The notes below the pieces were generated by a model. The model worked only from the letters and a program-made list of their open reading frames with translations. It searched no databases and was not told where the DNA came from. A stretch of DNA of 64,000 bases. Origin: Gekko japonicus (taxonomy: Eukaryota). Where the stretch lies: the NCBI RefSeq assembly GCF_001447785.1, contig NW_015166495.1, forward strand, positions 160,113-224,112, given 5' to 3'. This document shows, in pieces, positions 49,231 through 62,314 of this stretch. Numbering within the stretch: position 1 is the stretch's first letter; every line of letters starts with the position of its first letter. The translations under genes were made by a program, and so were the position numbers.

Positions 49231-49999
49231 TTTACTGTTACTGCTCACTCACTCCAGCCTTGCTTGGTGCAGAAGTAGCTTGCAAGATGTGTGTATGCAA
49301 GCCTACTTGTGGGCTTACCCATGGGGGAGGTCAAGAGCAATAGTGCTGAGAGTATTATATTGTTTCAAGGAGGGATCCTGCAAGGACTTGCAGAGGTCAC
49401 TTCATTTGCCTCTGTATCGCCTTCCCCAGATGACATTGTCTTTCTCTCCTCCAGGAAGTCCCCGTATCCTTTCCCTTTTCCCTGTTTTCTTCTGTCATTT
49501 CTACTGATAAACCATCCTTCTTTTATCTGTCCCCTTCCAGTCTTCACTTTTATTGTTAGTTACTTCATTTATACCCAGCCTTTCTCTCTGATGGGAACCC
49601 AAATCACCTTACATCATTCTCCTCGATTTTATCCCAGCAACAGTTCTGTAAGGCAGATTAGGCTGAGAGAAAGGGACTGGCCCATGGTCACACACCCAGC
49701 TTCCATGCAAAACTTTTGCAGTAGTAAGATGCTCTGCTGAAATGCATTATGGCCACTGGTGGCCAGGCTAAGTCATGTCAATTGTGTCGAGGCTGCTGCT
49801 GGGCCCCATTGAGTCATCCAGTAGCCACCAACACACCTGGGTTAGTTGCGCAAATTGTATGGTAGCACATTGTCTGGTAGTTGCTTTGGGGCATGGCCAT
49901 GATGAAGAAGAAGGGGAGCAGTGGTGGTGTGGAAGGCCAAACTAGAGCTGGAAAGAGCCTTCCCTCCACCACTGCCTTTTGCTGGTGAAAACCAAGGTT

Positions 50000-50284
50000 T
50001 GAAGGGAGCTTTCTGGGGAGTGTTTGGAAGGAAAACGTCAAAATAAAGATGACCACCATAAACTCCACTTTTCTTATATTAATCTTTCTCATACACAGAA
50101 TCCCATTTTAATGCTGAAACTTGTGTAATTCATCGTGATGATCAACATGTCTCTGTTTTGCCATGTGCAGCGGGAAAGCCCTGCCAGTGCTGATCTCTTG
50201 CTGCCCAGAAACATGGACAATACTTATCACTTGTTGAGATTTCAGCTATGCCCTACACATAATTGGCTTTCATAATGGGAGTCT
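50000..50284 (+). pseudogene. 3'-terminal remnant of an OR paralog (last 14 codons, stop and 3' flank)
   Basis: Translates KGAFWGVFGRKTSK*. The following ~240 bp align to the 3' flanks of OR-A (9657-9890), OR-D and OR-E. Confidence 0.88.
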
Positions 50285-50499
50285 GGAATACACTGCCTGG
50301 TAGCTGTTGGGGTTGGCCATGACGAGTCCTTACTCTAGGGCAGGAGGGAGAGGAGCAGAAGTGTACTGGGAGGCTCTTCCCCCAGCTTTTTACTGATGGA
50401 AACCAAGGGTTGAAGGCTGACATATTGTTGTGGTTGCCTATCAACCCCAACAAAGGTCACTGATTATTTAGAGGGCACTCCTTTCTTTAAGGTACAAGT

Positions 50500-51107
50500 C
50501 GTGGAAGTAGTGACAGACTTCACGTTCCTGGGATCCCAGATCACCGCAGACTGTGACAGCAGCCATGAAATTAAAAGACGCCTGCTCCTTGGGAGGAAAG
50601 CGATGGCAAACCTAAACAGCATGATAAAAAGTAGAGACATCACCCTGCCAACAAAAGTCCACATGGTCAAAGCAATGGTATTCCCAGTAGTCATATATGG
50701 CTGCGAGAGTTGGACTATAAGGAAGGCCGAGCGCCGAAGAATAGATTCTTTTGAACTATGGGGCTGGAGAAGACTCTTGAGAGTTCCTTGGACTGCAAGA
50801 AGATCAAATCAGTCAATCCTAAAAGAAATTATCTGGAAGGCCAGATAATGAAACTGAAGCACAAATACTTTGGCCACCAAATGAGCAGGGAGCACTCCCT
50901 GGAGAAGACCCTGATGCTGGGACAGATTGAAGGTCAAAGAAGACGGGGACGGCAATGGATGAGATGGTTAGACAGCGTCATCGATGCAACGAACATGAAG
51001 TTGAGCCAACTTCAGAGGATGGCGGAAGACAGGAGGGCCTGGCGGGATCTGGTCCATGGGGTCGCAAAGGGCCGGACTCGACTGTGTGACTGAACAACAA
51101 CAACAAA
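50500..51107 (+). mobile_element. RTE-BovB LINE, 5'-truncated
   Basis: EVVTDFTFLGSQITAD..EIKRRLLLGR..; (CAA)n tail; very similar to the 19261 copy with a small frameshifting deletion. Confidence 0.95.
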
Positions 51108-51264
51108 AACTGCTTCTATTATTATGGTGTTAAAAATAATCCCCAGTTTTGCTAGATATCAGTTTTTTCTGCAAACTGGAGGCTTTTCTTGAGTTTGTAG
51201 AAAGATCTGACCTGTCTGTTCATGGCTCCACTCTCTGGATTTCAGTACCCACTGATGGGGCCAT

Positions 51265-52459
51265 GTTGAGAATTAGATGTATTACTGATGAGCGAGGACA
51301 CTGGAATGGGCCCCAGTGGGAACTGCAGTGTTTACCCAACTGTTCCTGACTCCCATGTTCCCCATATGAAAGACTAATTAATCTTTGAGTCTCAAGTAGT
51401 CCATTGAAATGTTTCCCGAAGTGTTCTGCTTAAGACTCCTGTGTCATATTCCAGCAGGACCTCTACTATAAGAGCCAGTAGAACAGTAAAGTCCTAGTAC
51501 CTGTCAAGTGGTTGTCTTCTGTCCTCAGGAATAGACAGAGCTGTTCTTTTCACAAGAGTGGAGAACAGATCTGCTAAAGTGTTCCACATAAGTCACTTCT
51601 GGACCTCTTTCTTCCAAGTCATCAGTTTTTGGCAGAAACAGTGAGTGTGAGCATTTACCTTGACAAAAAAAATATCTAAAAGGGTATTTTGTGAAGACTA
51701 CCTTGAATTAGTGAACAGGACTAAATCCCCTGCCCTTGAAGAGGAAGGATAGGCTGCTTGTACGAAGGGGGATCTTACATCCTGATTGTCATATTATGGA
51801 ATGAAGAATATTCTTTGAAGAAGGCAGTCTGCTGTTTAGACATCACTAGGTAAGTTAAACCCTAATACAAATGGAAGTAATGGGTGGATCCTTGGAGGCA
51901 CAAATTTTAATATTTATTATGGTGCTCTGAGTTCTGACCCTGATTTCCAGTAGACAACTAGAGGACATTTGCTTGGCCAAACTTGTGCCAGCCTCTGGAT
52001 CGCTTTTGTTTGTGGGGCTTCACTTGCAGCACACAACCCACCCGGCTAGCATCCTCTTCTTTCTTAACACTGTCCCTTTCCTTCTCAAACCGGCCTGGAA
52101 CAGGGGCCTTTCCCTCCCATTTCCCATTGCCAGAAGGGCTAACTTTGGGACTGATCCACTGATTGATTGGTGAGGCTGTAGCAAGTGATGGTACGAATGG
52201 TCTAGGTTTGCCACTCAGTCTAAGGATGTATCACAAAACACTGGAGATAGAAAATAATGACAAGAAGTTATTGTGGTTAACCAAACTGAGGATGCCGGCG
52301 TGGGAACAGTAGATGCAGGATAATGAGGCTTGTCACCTCTTGGTGACAATTTTCTATGTGCCACAGCATTACTATGCTGATGAGCTTTCAACCGGTGTGA
52401 GTTAGCTAATATGCTGGAAGCCCAATGGATTGTATACAGCTTACTTGCAGTGAAAAAGG
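51265..52459 (+). promoter_or_regulatory. Conserved upstream module copy 3 for OR-E
   Basis: TAATTA at 51375, acceptor-like ending 51618, donor AG|GTAAGT at 51850. Confidence 0.55.
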
Positions 52460-52553
52460 TGTTGGGGGAATTAAGAGTCCAGGAGCATTTCCTAGGAGTC
52501 CCATCCCCACCCACCTTGACAAGGAGGGGGGTTGAAACTGGCAGGAACCCCAT

Positions 52554-52605
<52 letters not shown>

Positions 52606-53171
52606 GTTCCAAAGTATCTGATTTATTGAAAGAAAACCATACTGCACAAATTGTCAAGCAAGCAGCTATTTCCGTATTCATTTTACAGAAGGGAAAAGGC
52701 AAACCAATACTTATAAACAAATAGTGCACTTATTATTCATTTAGGGATTATTATCTACTTAGAAATGCATCCCAGCTACTCTGGCAAGACCTAATCACAG
52801 TGTCGGCAGAGAGCCCCTAGCATCCACAGACACTGGTGTTAAATGCCTTTAGAATCCAGATGAACTGTCAATCAAGGGATCCGATGGTCCTGACGAAACC
52901 CAGACTCTTCCCCTTTCTGACCAAAAGACTCTGACCGAAGTCATTGTATTACTAATTTAAAAACACCCTCCCTGTCAAGGCCTATGTAGATGTTTTGGCT
53001 TCCAGGCTGGAACTCAGAAATGTAAACCATTCTCTTAGAGCAGAGTGCAGGGTACATTGTCAGGTTGAAACATCTCCTGCAAAGCCTTATGGGAGAGAAC
53101 CAAATAGAGAGGCCTAAGACAATTCAGTCCGCAGTACAGAACTGCCCGATCTCACTTATAATTCTGCCACA
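52460..53171 (-). mobile_element. Solo LTR containing (AG)n
   Basis: TGT...ACA termini, approximate 4-bp TSD aagg/aggg, minus-strand AATAAA at about 52622. Empty site in the paralog at about 63735. Confidence 0.78.
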
Positions 53172-53394
53172 AGGGGAAAGGGCTTGATGTTTGTATTGTG
53201 CAGATCAGTTAATAAATAAAGACACAACTGATGACTAAATTAAACAAATGACATTGTGTCTTCATTCCTGGGTTTTGGGCCAAGGCACCTAGTCCTTTCC
53301 CCTCTTCCTCTACCCTGGCCCGCCCTACAATAATATTACAGCAGAATAAATTAGTTGAAGCATCACAGAACTCTTGGCTGCGTCATCAGCAGTG

Positions 53395-54020
53395 GAAGAG
53401 TTGGTTTTTATACCCCACTTTTCTCTACTTTAAGGAGTCTCAAAGCAGCTTACAATCACATTCCCTTCCCCTCCCCTCAGCAATCACATTCCCTTCCCCT
53501 CCACACGTGCCTTGTGAGGCAGATGGGGCTGAGAGTTCTGAGAGAACGGTGACTGGCCCAAGGTCACCCAGCAGGCTTCATGGGGAGGCGGAGTGGGGAA
53601 TCAAACCCAGTTCTCTAGATTAGAGTCTGCCGCTCTTAACCATCAGCCCGATTTTGACATTATGGCTAGGAATACCATATGAATGATACCAACTCGTATG
53701 GGTATATGAATATCCAAATGGGAAGTTTTGTGACCATATGAAGGCACACTTGAGGCTTGATGTTTGAAAAAGACGCCTTGAAATGAATATCAACTCCGGG
53801 GGAGTTCGTCATCAGTATACTACACTATTGGATTGAAGCATCTGTAAAAAATAATATTATGGACTTTACGATCAAATATTTTGTACTTGCATCTATATTA
53901 TAAGCTTTATATGCACAGAATGCAGTAGTTCTATTTTGTGTCTATTATTACCACACTGCAAGACCCCTTTCTACCTTTTTGCTCTTAACCATGACAGCAC
54001 TATGCCACTACACCACGCAG
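53395..54020 (-). mobile_element. Squam3-like SINE interrupted by a ~340-bp insert
   Basis: Insert 53644-53980 is flanked by the 12-bp direct repeat GCTCTTAACCAT. Confidence 0.75.
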
Positions 54021-54979
54021 AGTAGCATGGCTATCAATGTGGAACACTCATTTTTATTCTTCAGCTGTTCAAAGGCAAACTCATACATTACGGGGGACTC
54101 TCGATCTTTGCAAATGCTTTATATCAGCCCAGTACTGTATATCTTTGGATGAGGAAGGGGTCTCTTGAGAGGGGCTCAAGAGAGTGTGACAGAAAACCTT
54201 AAAGCTTACTGTGGCTCAAGAGTGTCAAGTTGGACCACTGCGGTTTTCATTAGAATAACCTATCCATTCCCATTCCTTATTGGGTCACCATGCCAAACTT
54301 AATCTTTTTTTCTTTTTGCAAAGGACAAACCGGGTTGGATGGGACCAACTGTTGGTCATGGTAGTTCAGAGTCATTAACAGCTAGCTGGTGGGAGGGACT
54401 GTTATTGTAATAATTTTCTGATTGGTAAGGTTAGCCTCTGACATCAGAGATAGGGATTCGCGTAGGAGTGGCTCAATCAGTCACTCAGAGAGGAGGCTGG
54501 CAGAAGTCAGATTCCATTATCCATGAATACCTGAACATTTGGGTATTTTCCCTTGTCTTCTGTCTCCAGTGGAGCAACATGGAAGTGGGATCTTCAGGAT
54601 GGTGGGTAGGGGTTAGTCTTCTGTCATCTTTTTCCAGCCAGAAATTCTGCACAGGCTATTTGGGGCTTTTTAGCACCCGGAGTGCCCGCTCCATACTGCA
54701 GTTCTAGTGTGAACTTCACTTGGGTGATGGGCCATTAGGATGGGGTGAGTAGAATGCTCTCCAGAGACTATATGTATTCTTTGTCGCAACTGTTTGGCAG
54801 TAACAGCATGGGGCTGGATCCATTAAGGGAAAATCAGCCTGGGTGCCATTTCCAGAATATGGGGATCCCTGTAAGGGATCCTGGGGTGAGGGTGCTTGGG
54901 GAATGCCAAGCTCGCGGGCTGTTCACAGGTCACCTTCATGCTCAGATGGCAGGGCAGACCACCTAGTGACGACTGCACA

Positions 54980-55752
54980 CAGGGCCGGCTCACCCGCTAG
55001 GCAAACTAGGCATTCGCCTAGAGCACGGTCCAGTCCTTAGGGCACCAAACGGGAACCGGCCTCACCCGCTAGCCCGTTGGGCAGCCCACTCAGCTTCGCA
55101 TTTGTTTGCATTCAAAAAACCCTCCCCCAACACCTCCCTTCGCGCTCAGCCAAGGAGGACTGGCAACAGCCACATGTGGCTGCGAGGGGGGCGGGTGGGA
55201 GTAGCAGAGCTTCCCAGACACCCACTTTGGGCCGAGCCAGCTGACTGATGGCAAGCACCGGGTGGGTGGGTGGAGGAGGAGGTGGCCAATCCGCCCGGGG
55301 CCGCAGAGCGCAACTGGGATCGGTGCCGCCGCTGAGTCTGTTTGGGGTTTGGAGAGCGGCCCAGAAAGAGCAGTGTGGCTGGGGGGGAGGGGAGGAATTG
55401 CAGTGGCTTTGCCGTTGCCTGCCCAGCCGGAGAGGAGAAGCCCGGCAGGGGAGGGAAGCAGCCGTGATCCGTTTGAATGCAGCCGCGGCTGCGGAGACCA
55501 GGTAGGGGTGGGACGACTCCCCACTCCGAGTCACGGCACCACTCCCCCCACACACCTCGGGAGCCGAGAAGGAGCAGCCGCTGTTTCCGAGGGGGCAGAT
55601 TGGTGCTTGCCAGCGGGCCAGATCACTGAGGATGCGCGCAGTGGCGGCGGGGGGGAGGAGGTGGTGGAGGCAGGGGGGAGGTCTCCAGGCCCCTCTGGGA
55701 GGTTGGCATCTGCACCCTGCCTAGGGTACAGAAACACCTTGGGCCAGCCCTG
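54980..55752. mobile_element. GC-rich non-autonomous hAT
   Basis: CAGGGCCGGC / GCCAGCCCTG, TSD actgcaca/actgtaca. Confidence 0.88.
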
Positions 55753-56441
55753 ACTGTACAGGTAGAATCCCACATGCCTGCCATTCCATGCTCTTCCCAT
55801 TCCCAGCCAACTGGCTGGGGGGCAACAGGGGGGCATCGACTGGCAAGAGTATCAGTCGATGCTGTACCAATGCTACTTACAGCTGCAACCAATAAAAGTT
55901 GCGGCTATTTTTATTCCACATTTATATCAAAGGTTATGTGTCTGTGTTTTATTGGGACAAGGGGGGTGATAGTCATGCCCCAGGGTTGGGGGGCTCTTAG
56001 ACTGGTGTGGCCTGAGCCAATAAGTCACATCAACAGGCAGGAGGCAGAGTAGCAAGAGGAAAGATAGCTTTATTAATCTAGGGAACCCTCTCAGCTCAGT
56101 GTCAAGTTGAAGAGCTCAAATGAGTAACATTGGGTGACAACTTTTATCCACCTCTTGTGACATATTAAGACTGCCCTTATGACATCAATCAGGGATGCTC
56201 AGTTGAGTTTTCTTTGTTTGAGATTTGGAGCATGCGTACTTGTGATTTCTTGGTTCTCCTTGGCACATGTATGCAAGAACCATAGTTATCAGTGATAAAA
56301 ATGTTTCAGACTTTGTTTCAAAGTCATGGTCCCGGACATTGAGATATCAATTAGTGAACAAAGCATTACTATAAGTTCACATGTACAAAACAAGTTTTCA
56401 GCACCTTGCCAAAAATGGCCTTTTGATAAGGATGTGGTTAC

Positions 56442-56647
56442 CAGTGTTCTCTCTAAGCTGAGTTAGACTGAGCTAGCTCACAGTTTTTTAGCCTCCAGTT
56501 CACACATTTTTGTCTTAATTCAGGAAGGATGACTCCAGAGCAAACTAATTTATGCAGCAGTCGAATCCCTCGCTCACAACTTTAATGCCAGTAGCTCACA
56601 AAGTAGATTTTTTGCTTACAAGACTCCACAGCTTAGAGAGAACATTG
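56442..56647. mobile_element. hAT MITE (CAGTGTTCCC family)
   Basis: Full-length match to 8440-8645. Confidence 0.88.
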
Positions 56648-57039
56648 TTGGCCACTAGCTTTTACTTCTATCCGGGTCTGGTCTTCAGAAATTTCCAAGA
56701 TTACATTCAGTTTAAACAAAGCATTATTACATGTCTTTGAGGCTTAGATACAAAATGTTGCTAGCTCATGCCCATAGCTTTACTTTTAACATTTTGGATA
56801 ACATTTAAAGCATCCTTAGAAGGTGCAACATTGTTGTGTTGGGCTAACAAAGATACCTTTTGCCAAAGCAAGAACTTGGCACAAAAGATATAACATTGGT
56901 GTCCTCCAAGATAGCCCTTTCCATAGTGTTTACAGCTTCAGCTTTGAAGTTACAATAGCTCTATATTGTTTTACAAACAGAATAATTACAGGTATTAATA
57001 CATTTCATATAATCAATTATTACATAGTAAGGTGCATGA

Positions 57040-57386
57040 GCTGTGGTGGCTCAAGTGGTTAAGACGCTGAACTGCAGGCTGTGAAAGGTCAGTAGTTCAG
57101 CAGTTCGAGACCCGAGTGTGCCGCATGACGGAGTGAGCTCCCGTCTCTAGTTCCAGCTCCTGCCAACCTAGCAGTTCGAAAGCATAAAAAATTGCAAGTA
57201 GATAAATAGGTACCACTTCAATGGGAAGGTAACAGCGTTCCGTGCACCTTGGTGTTTAGTCATGCCGGCCACATGACCACGGAAACGTCTTTGGACAGCG
57301 CTGGCTCTTTGGCTTTGAAATGGAGATGAGCACCGCAACCCTAGAGTCGGATTCGACTGGCGTTCGAGCAAAGGAACCTTTACCTT
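57040..57386 (+). mobile_element. Sauria SINE (Squam1)
   Basis: tRNA head, (ACCTTT)2 tail, 12-bp TSD TAAGGTGCATGA. Confidence 0.92.
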
Positions 57387-58044
57387 TAAGGTGCATGAAG
57401 ATAGTTTAAGGCATATACTCTTGGACGATCCCCCCTCCCTGTGGAATATACTAGACATCTATATTTTAAGGCAAGAAAATCAGTTCCCCTGGAGAAAATG
57501 GATGCTTTGGAGGGTGAACTCTCTGGCATTGTACCCCACGGTGGTCCCTAGACTCCCCAGGCTCAATCCTCAAATCACCAAGAGTTTTCCAAACTGGATC
57601 TGGAAACCCTATGTCTTTCTGAGAAAGTGGTCCATGAAGGCAGTATCAGGGCCCTTTCCAAATCTGTGAGTTATTTTAATAAGTATTTATATTAAAATAC
57701 CGCTCTGGGGAATGAATTGAAACCTGCATCTCAGTACAGAACCAATGCAACGATATGTGCTAATTACTAATCTCTGTTGTCATGGCCACAGTGGAGTCCC
57801 TGCTTTACTTGTCACGGAGTCCACTCATGTCAATGGACTTTAAAAACCAGAACATGAGATGCACTTAAATCTCATTAAAGTCAGTTGGGATTATGGTACA
57901 CTGGATTGTAGGGAACACATAGATCCAAAAGACTAGAACACAAGAAAATACTTCGACATTGCACCCATAAGCAAAACCCTACCAGTGCAACTTCTAAACA
58001 ACTCATTTGTTCTTTCCTACAGAAGAGACAAGCCAGAGAATGTT

Positions 58045-58977
58045 ATGGGACCTCCAAATGAGACAGTGGTGACTGAATTCATCTTGATTGGGTTATCCGA
58101 ACACCCCCAAGCACAGGCTGTGTTCTTTCCTTTCCTCTTGATGGCCTATCTTATAAGCTTTCTTGGGAACAGCCTCATTGTCATACTGATTATTGCAGAC
58201 TCGCACCTTCATTCTCCCATGTATTTCTTTCTTTGCATCCTCTCCTCAGTAGACCTCATCCTCTCCAACAATGCTCTTCCTGAGATCCTGGTCAACTGCT
58301 TCTTTGACAGGCCCACCATCAACTTCTACAGGTGCTTGATTCAGATGTATGTTGGGCTGTTTCTTGTCTCAACAGAATGTGTCCTTCTGGCTATCATGGC
58401 CTACGACCGCTTTGCTGCGATATGCCAGCCCCTCCACTACATGCAGATCATGAGCTGGAGACTTTGCATCAGCCTGGTGACCGTATCCATGGCTTTCTGC
58501 TTTGTGGTAACCCTTATCACCGTGCTACTGCAGCCAACTGATTTCTGTGGACGAAATATCATTAACCATTTTGCATGTGAGCTACAGTCGTTCCTCAAAC
58601 TGGCCTGCTCTGACACACGTGCTAGCGAGCTCTTCATGCACATTTCCAGCCTCTTTCTCCTAATCCCGCCCTTTGGCTTCATTGTTGTGACATACGGGCG
58701 CATAGGCTTAGCTGTCCTGCGCATTCGCTCAACACAGGGTCGCAAGAAAGCCTTCTCCACCTGTAGTTCTCACCTCACGGTGGTCAGTGTCTTTTATGGT
58801 ACAATCATGATCATGTACTTGAAGCCCCAAGCAAAATCCACTTCAGATCAAGATAAGGTCATATCTTTAATGTACGGGGTCTTAACTCCAGTGCTTAACC
58901 CCGTGATCTACAGCTTGAGAAACAGGGATGTGAAGGGCGCCTTTTGGAAAGTGTTTGGAAGGGAAATGTCCAAATAA
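58045..58977 (+). CDS. Olfactory receptor, class II, 310 aa (OR-E)
   Basis: MGPPNET, LHSPMYFF, MAYDRFAAIC, KAFSTCSSH, PVLNPVIYSLRN. Acceptor ends at 58022. Confidence 0.96.
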   Translation: MGPPNETVVTEFILIGLSEHPQAQAVFFPFLLMAYLISFLGNSLIVILIIADSHLHSPMYFFLCILSSVDLILSNNALPEILVNCFFDRPTINFYRCLIQMYVGLFLVSTECVLLAIMAYDRFAAICQPLHYMQIMSWRLCISLVTVSMAFCFVVTLITVLLQPTDFCGRNIINHFACELQSFLKLACSDTRASELFMHISSLFLLIPPFGFIVVTYGRIGLAVLRIRSTQGRKKAFSTCSSHLTVVSVFYGTIMIMYLKPQAKSTSDQDKVISLMYGVLTPVLNPVIYSLRNRDVKGAFWKVFGREMSK

Positions 58978-60082
58978 AGATCAGCACAAATCAACAAATC
59001 ACTCCAGTTCTTCTGATGGTAACTTTTTTTCATTCAGAAACACCATTTCTACACTGAGTATTGCGTAATTCGTCAGATATGACGAATTTTCCAATGTGTA
59101 GTGGAAAGCCGCTGGCAGTATCGATTTCTTGCTGCACAGAAACATGGACAAGTATTTATCCCTTGTTGAGATTCCAGCTATTTCTTACACATAATTGGTT
59201 TCCATACAGGAAATTAATCTGGTGTGAAATTGTGCTTACATTGGGGAAATGAGCAGAAAATGGGATCTGTAAATTATAATCAAACTCCTCTTTAAAAAAA
59301 TCGTTTGTCAGCTTTCCTAATATTGGTCTAGAAAGGAAGTAGTACACAAATAGGATATTGATGCCCCTAGATTCTTACTTACTTTAACGATACTGCTCTT
59401 ACAGCCCATTCGGCTCTGAACAGTGTCATACTAAAACTGAAAAAAGAAAGAAAATTATTTAATACATGTGTATTAACATGTGTGTTAATGATTTTCAATC
59501 TTAGTCAACTGTGAAAAGAACTTGGCAACTGCCAATGTAATATTAAAATCCATCCCTGCTAAAAGAAACCTCAAATTATCCAGTTCACACCTAGAGTCCT
59601 GGGTATACGGTTTTATCCAACTGTCTCTTGCCTTGTTAAGCAAATCACAGTCAAGTAGACAATGTCGAAGGGTGTCTATTCAGCCGGAACTGCAGTGGCA
59701 CATTCACTCAGAGTAAGGCACCTTATTTAAGTGTCCCGATAGCTCCCCTGATGGAATAGCATTAAAACTAGCCAACATAGATAATCGTCTATAATGTGCA
59801 ACTGTCAGGAGATCAAAATATGCTGGAAGAGATTGTGGTGCCATTAAACCTGAATACAAAGGTGAGCACACTCTGCGTACTGTTATCATGGTACTTCTAG
59901 TATCCAATTCTTCCAGACAGCATAAGATTGAAGAGAGAGCAGCCGAAGGCCCTTGTTCTTTCAGATCATGAGGGGAGATTCCTAGAGGCCGGATATGATT
60001 TTCAACCAATTTGCTCCATGGAGTAAGAGTCTGATTGCAATAGATGTAAGCATCCATTTGACCCCCTGGAGAATAAAATTGT

Positions 60083-60085
60083 AAT

Positions 60086-60143
<58 letters not shown>
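60083..60143. repeat. Compound (CAA)n(TAA)n microsatellite
   Basis: Direct reading. Confidence 0.95.
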
Positions 60144-60147
<4 letters not shown>

Positions 60148-60670
60148 TTTAAAAAAAAGTAGGACACAGATAGGATTTCGATGCCTCTAGGTTCTTACTG
60201 GAATTCTCACAGTACAATTACAATTCTTTTTTTTAAAAAGTGTTTTTTATTATATTGAACAATATATACAGCAGTACAATCTCAACACATATTAACACAC
60301 ATATTAACACTATACAATAATCAACATTCTCAACCTGTAAGAGCCTTTAAAAATATATATATAACAGATCTTTGTAATAAGAGTTGTTTGGAATCACTCT
60401 TCCGCCAGGCTTTTAACTAGAGTGATGGATGTCCCTTCCTCTTTTCTCGGCCTCCCTTCAGTGGGTCAGAATTGCTTACCCGAGATGGCATCTGTGAGAC
60501 CTAATTCTAATGACAACTGCACTGGCCGAAGGATATAGTGGTCATTGATTAGTGTTTTAATTGAGTATTTGCCAATTCCTTTGTATTTTATATATTGCGT
60601 TCTTATTAAAACTAATGTAACCCACCCGGAGCCTGCCATGTGGGGAGGGCGGGATATAAGCTGAATAAAA

Positions 60671-60719
60671 TGAATGAATGAATGAATGAATGAATGAATG
60701 AATGAATGAATGAATGAAT
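60671..60719. repeat. (TGAA)n microsatellite, tail of an L2-type fragment
   Basis: Direct reading; follows gggagggcgggatataa. Confidence 0.9.
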
Positions 60720-62314
60720 AACAGGAGATCCCAGAAAGAACACTGGGTTGTATTCTTGTGTTTGGATCCAATTTGCCTCTTCGCTAGGTACATATGGATA
60801 TTTCCCTTCCACAGGAAACCACCTCAATCCCTGAATGGGTAGCAAGCACATCTTTGGAATGGGAATAGGTTTTAGGATTGGAGGATCGAGCATTGACTTT
60901 TGTTTCCGGTTGAGGCATATTGTGCTTTCTTGTATCAATGATGAAATCACAACCAAAAAGAGCATAAGGAGTTGGTATGATGTTTGATATGTCTCATGTG
61001 CTGTTGGCTAAGGTTACTAACGCTTCCCCGCTGATTCTCAAATAAAGGGTACTTTGAAATGCAAATTTTGCTCTTGCTTATCTCCAATCAACTACTCCTG
61101 TTTGTATAAGCAATAAGTTGTCTGTAATGTCTTGGTTAGCGATGGATGAGTACAAGATTGGAATACCCGGAGAAACCTAATCAAGTGTGCTCATCAATGT
61201 CTGTATCTCATGAGATGCATACTTTGGCATAGATTTTCCTTCATTTTTAANNNNNNNNNNNNNNNNNNNNNNNNNNNNNNNNNNNNNNNNNNNNNNNNNN
61301 NNNNNNGTGCATCCAGACACTGTTCATCCAAATATATATCCATTTCATAAAGAAGAATCCCCTGCCCTTCACTAGAAGAAGAAGAGGAGGAGGAGGAGAT
61401 TGGATTTATACCCTACCCTACCCTTCACTCAGACTCAGCTCTTCAGTTCATGAACATAACTTCATGATCAGCCAAAATTCATGATGAATTTAAGTTCAGG
61501 AGTGGGTTTTTGCCCATCCTTATATATTGGTGATGACTGAGGACACTGAAATGGATCACAGTGAGAGTTGTAATGTTATGCAACTCAAGCCTGTAGGCCC
61601 CGGGGATCTGGGTGCAATGCCCCCTCCCAAATCTCCCCTGCCCCGAATCTTCCCTGAGGTGGAGAGAGACTAGGGCTGCTGGTCGGAGGGCAGCAATGGG
61701 AGCGGCAGAGAAGGAGTGCATGCCTGACACCAGCACAGCTGGCTCTGCCCCCAGGCCCGGCACATAAGAAGGACCTGACGTTATGAGCCTCGCCAAGGTA
61801 CAACCACGAACTTCTACCTTCACCTGGACCTTCAAGAGTTGTGGGCCACTGAAAAGTTCTCCTGAGAACTTAGACCCCATTTTACTGTCACAACCTCCAA
61901 AGTCCCGAAAAATGTCCAGCTGTTCCTGTGGCTCCTTTTGAAGGAGTCTGGGGGACTCTCGTCTCCACCCTCTCTTCACCAAGCAGGGCCCCTTCTGCCG
62001 GGGCTGAGCAAAAGCGTGATTTGGAGAAGGTGGTAGGGGGAGATTTGCCTTGGAAAATGGGCACTGGGCTGTGGAGCTAATGGCAGGCACCCCTTCCATT
62101 CACCTACGTGGGAAGGGTGTCAGAGGTCAATGGGGGGTTGTGTTTCGATCCTTTCTCACAAGGTGACTTGGTGGGCTGCTCCTGCAGAACTGTTGGGAGC
62201 GCAAAACAAGAGAGAGAAATTGGTGGTGGGAGGAAAAAGATTAACCGATTAATTTAGTTAAATTAGCAACTGTGCCCCCTCTTTGCCGCTCCATGAAAAA
62301 AAATATCAAGCTTT

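Noticed and set aside
55090-55892. Cluster of overlapping GC-rich ORFs or a CpG-island gene
   Set aside because: Lies mostly within a TSD-bounded hAT element; stop-poor because of GC content.
61479-62099. 206-aa ORF
   Set aside because: No recognisable domain, runs into a MITE end, and has no supporting gene structure.
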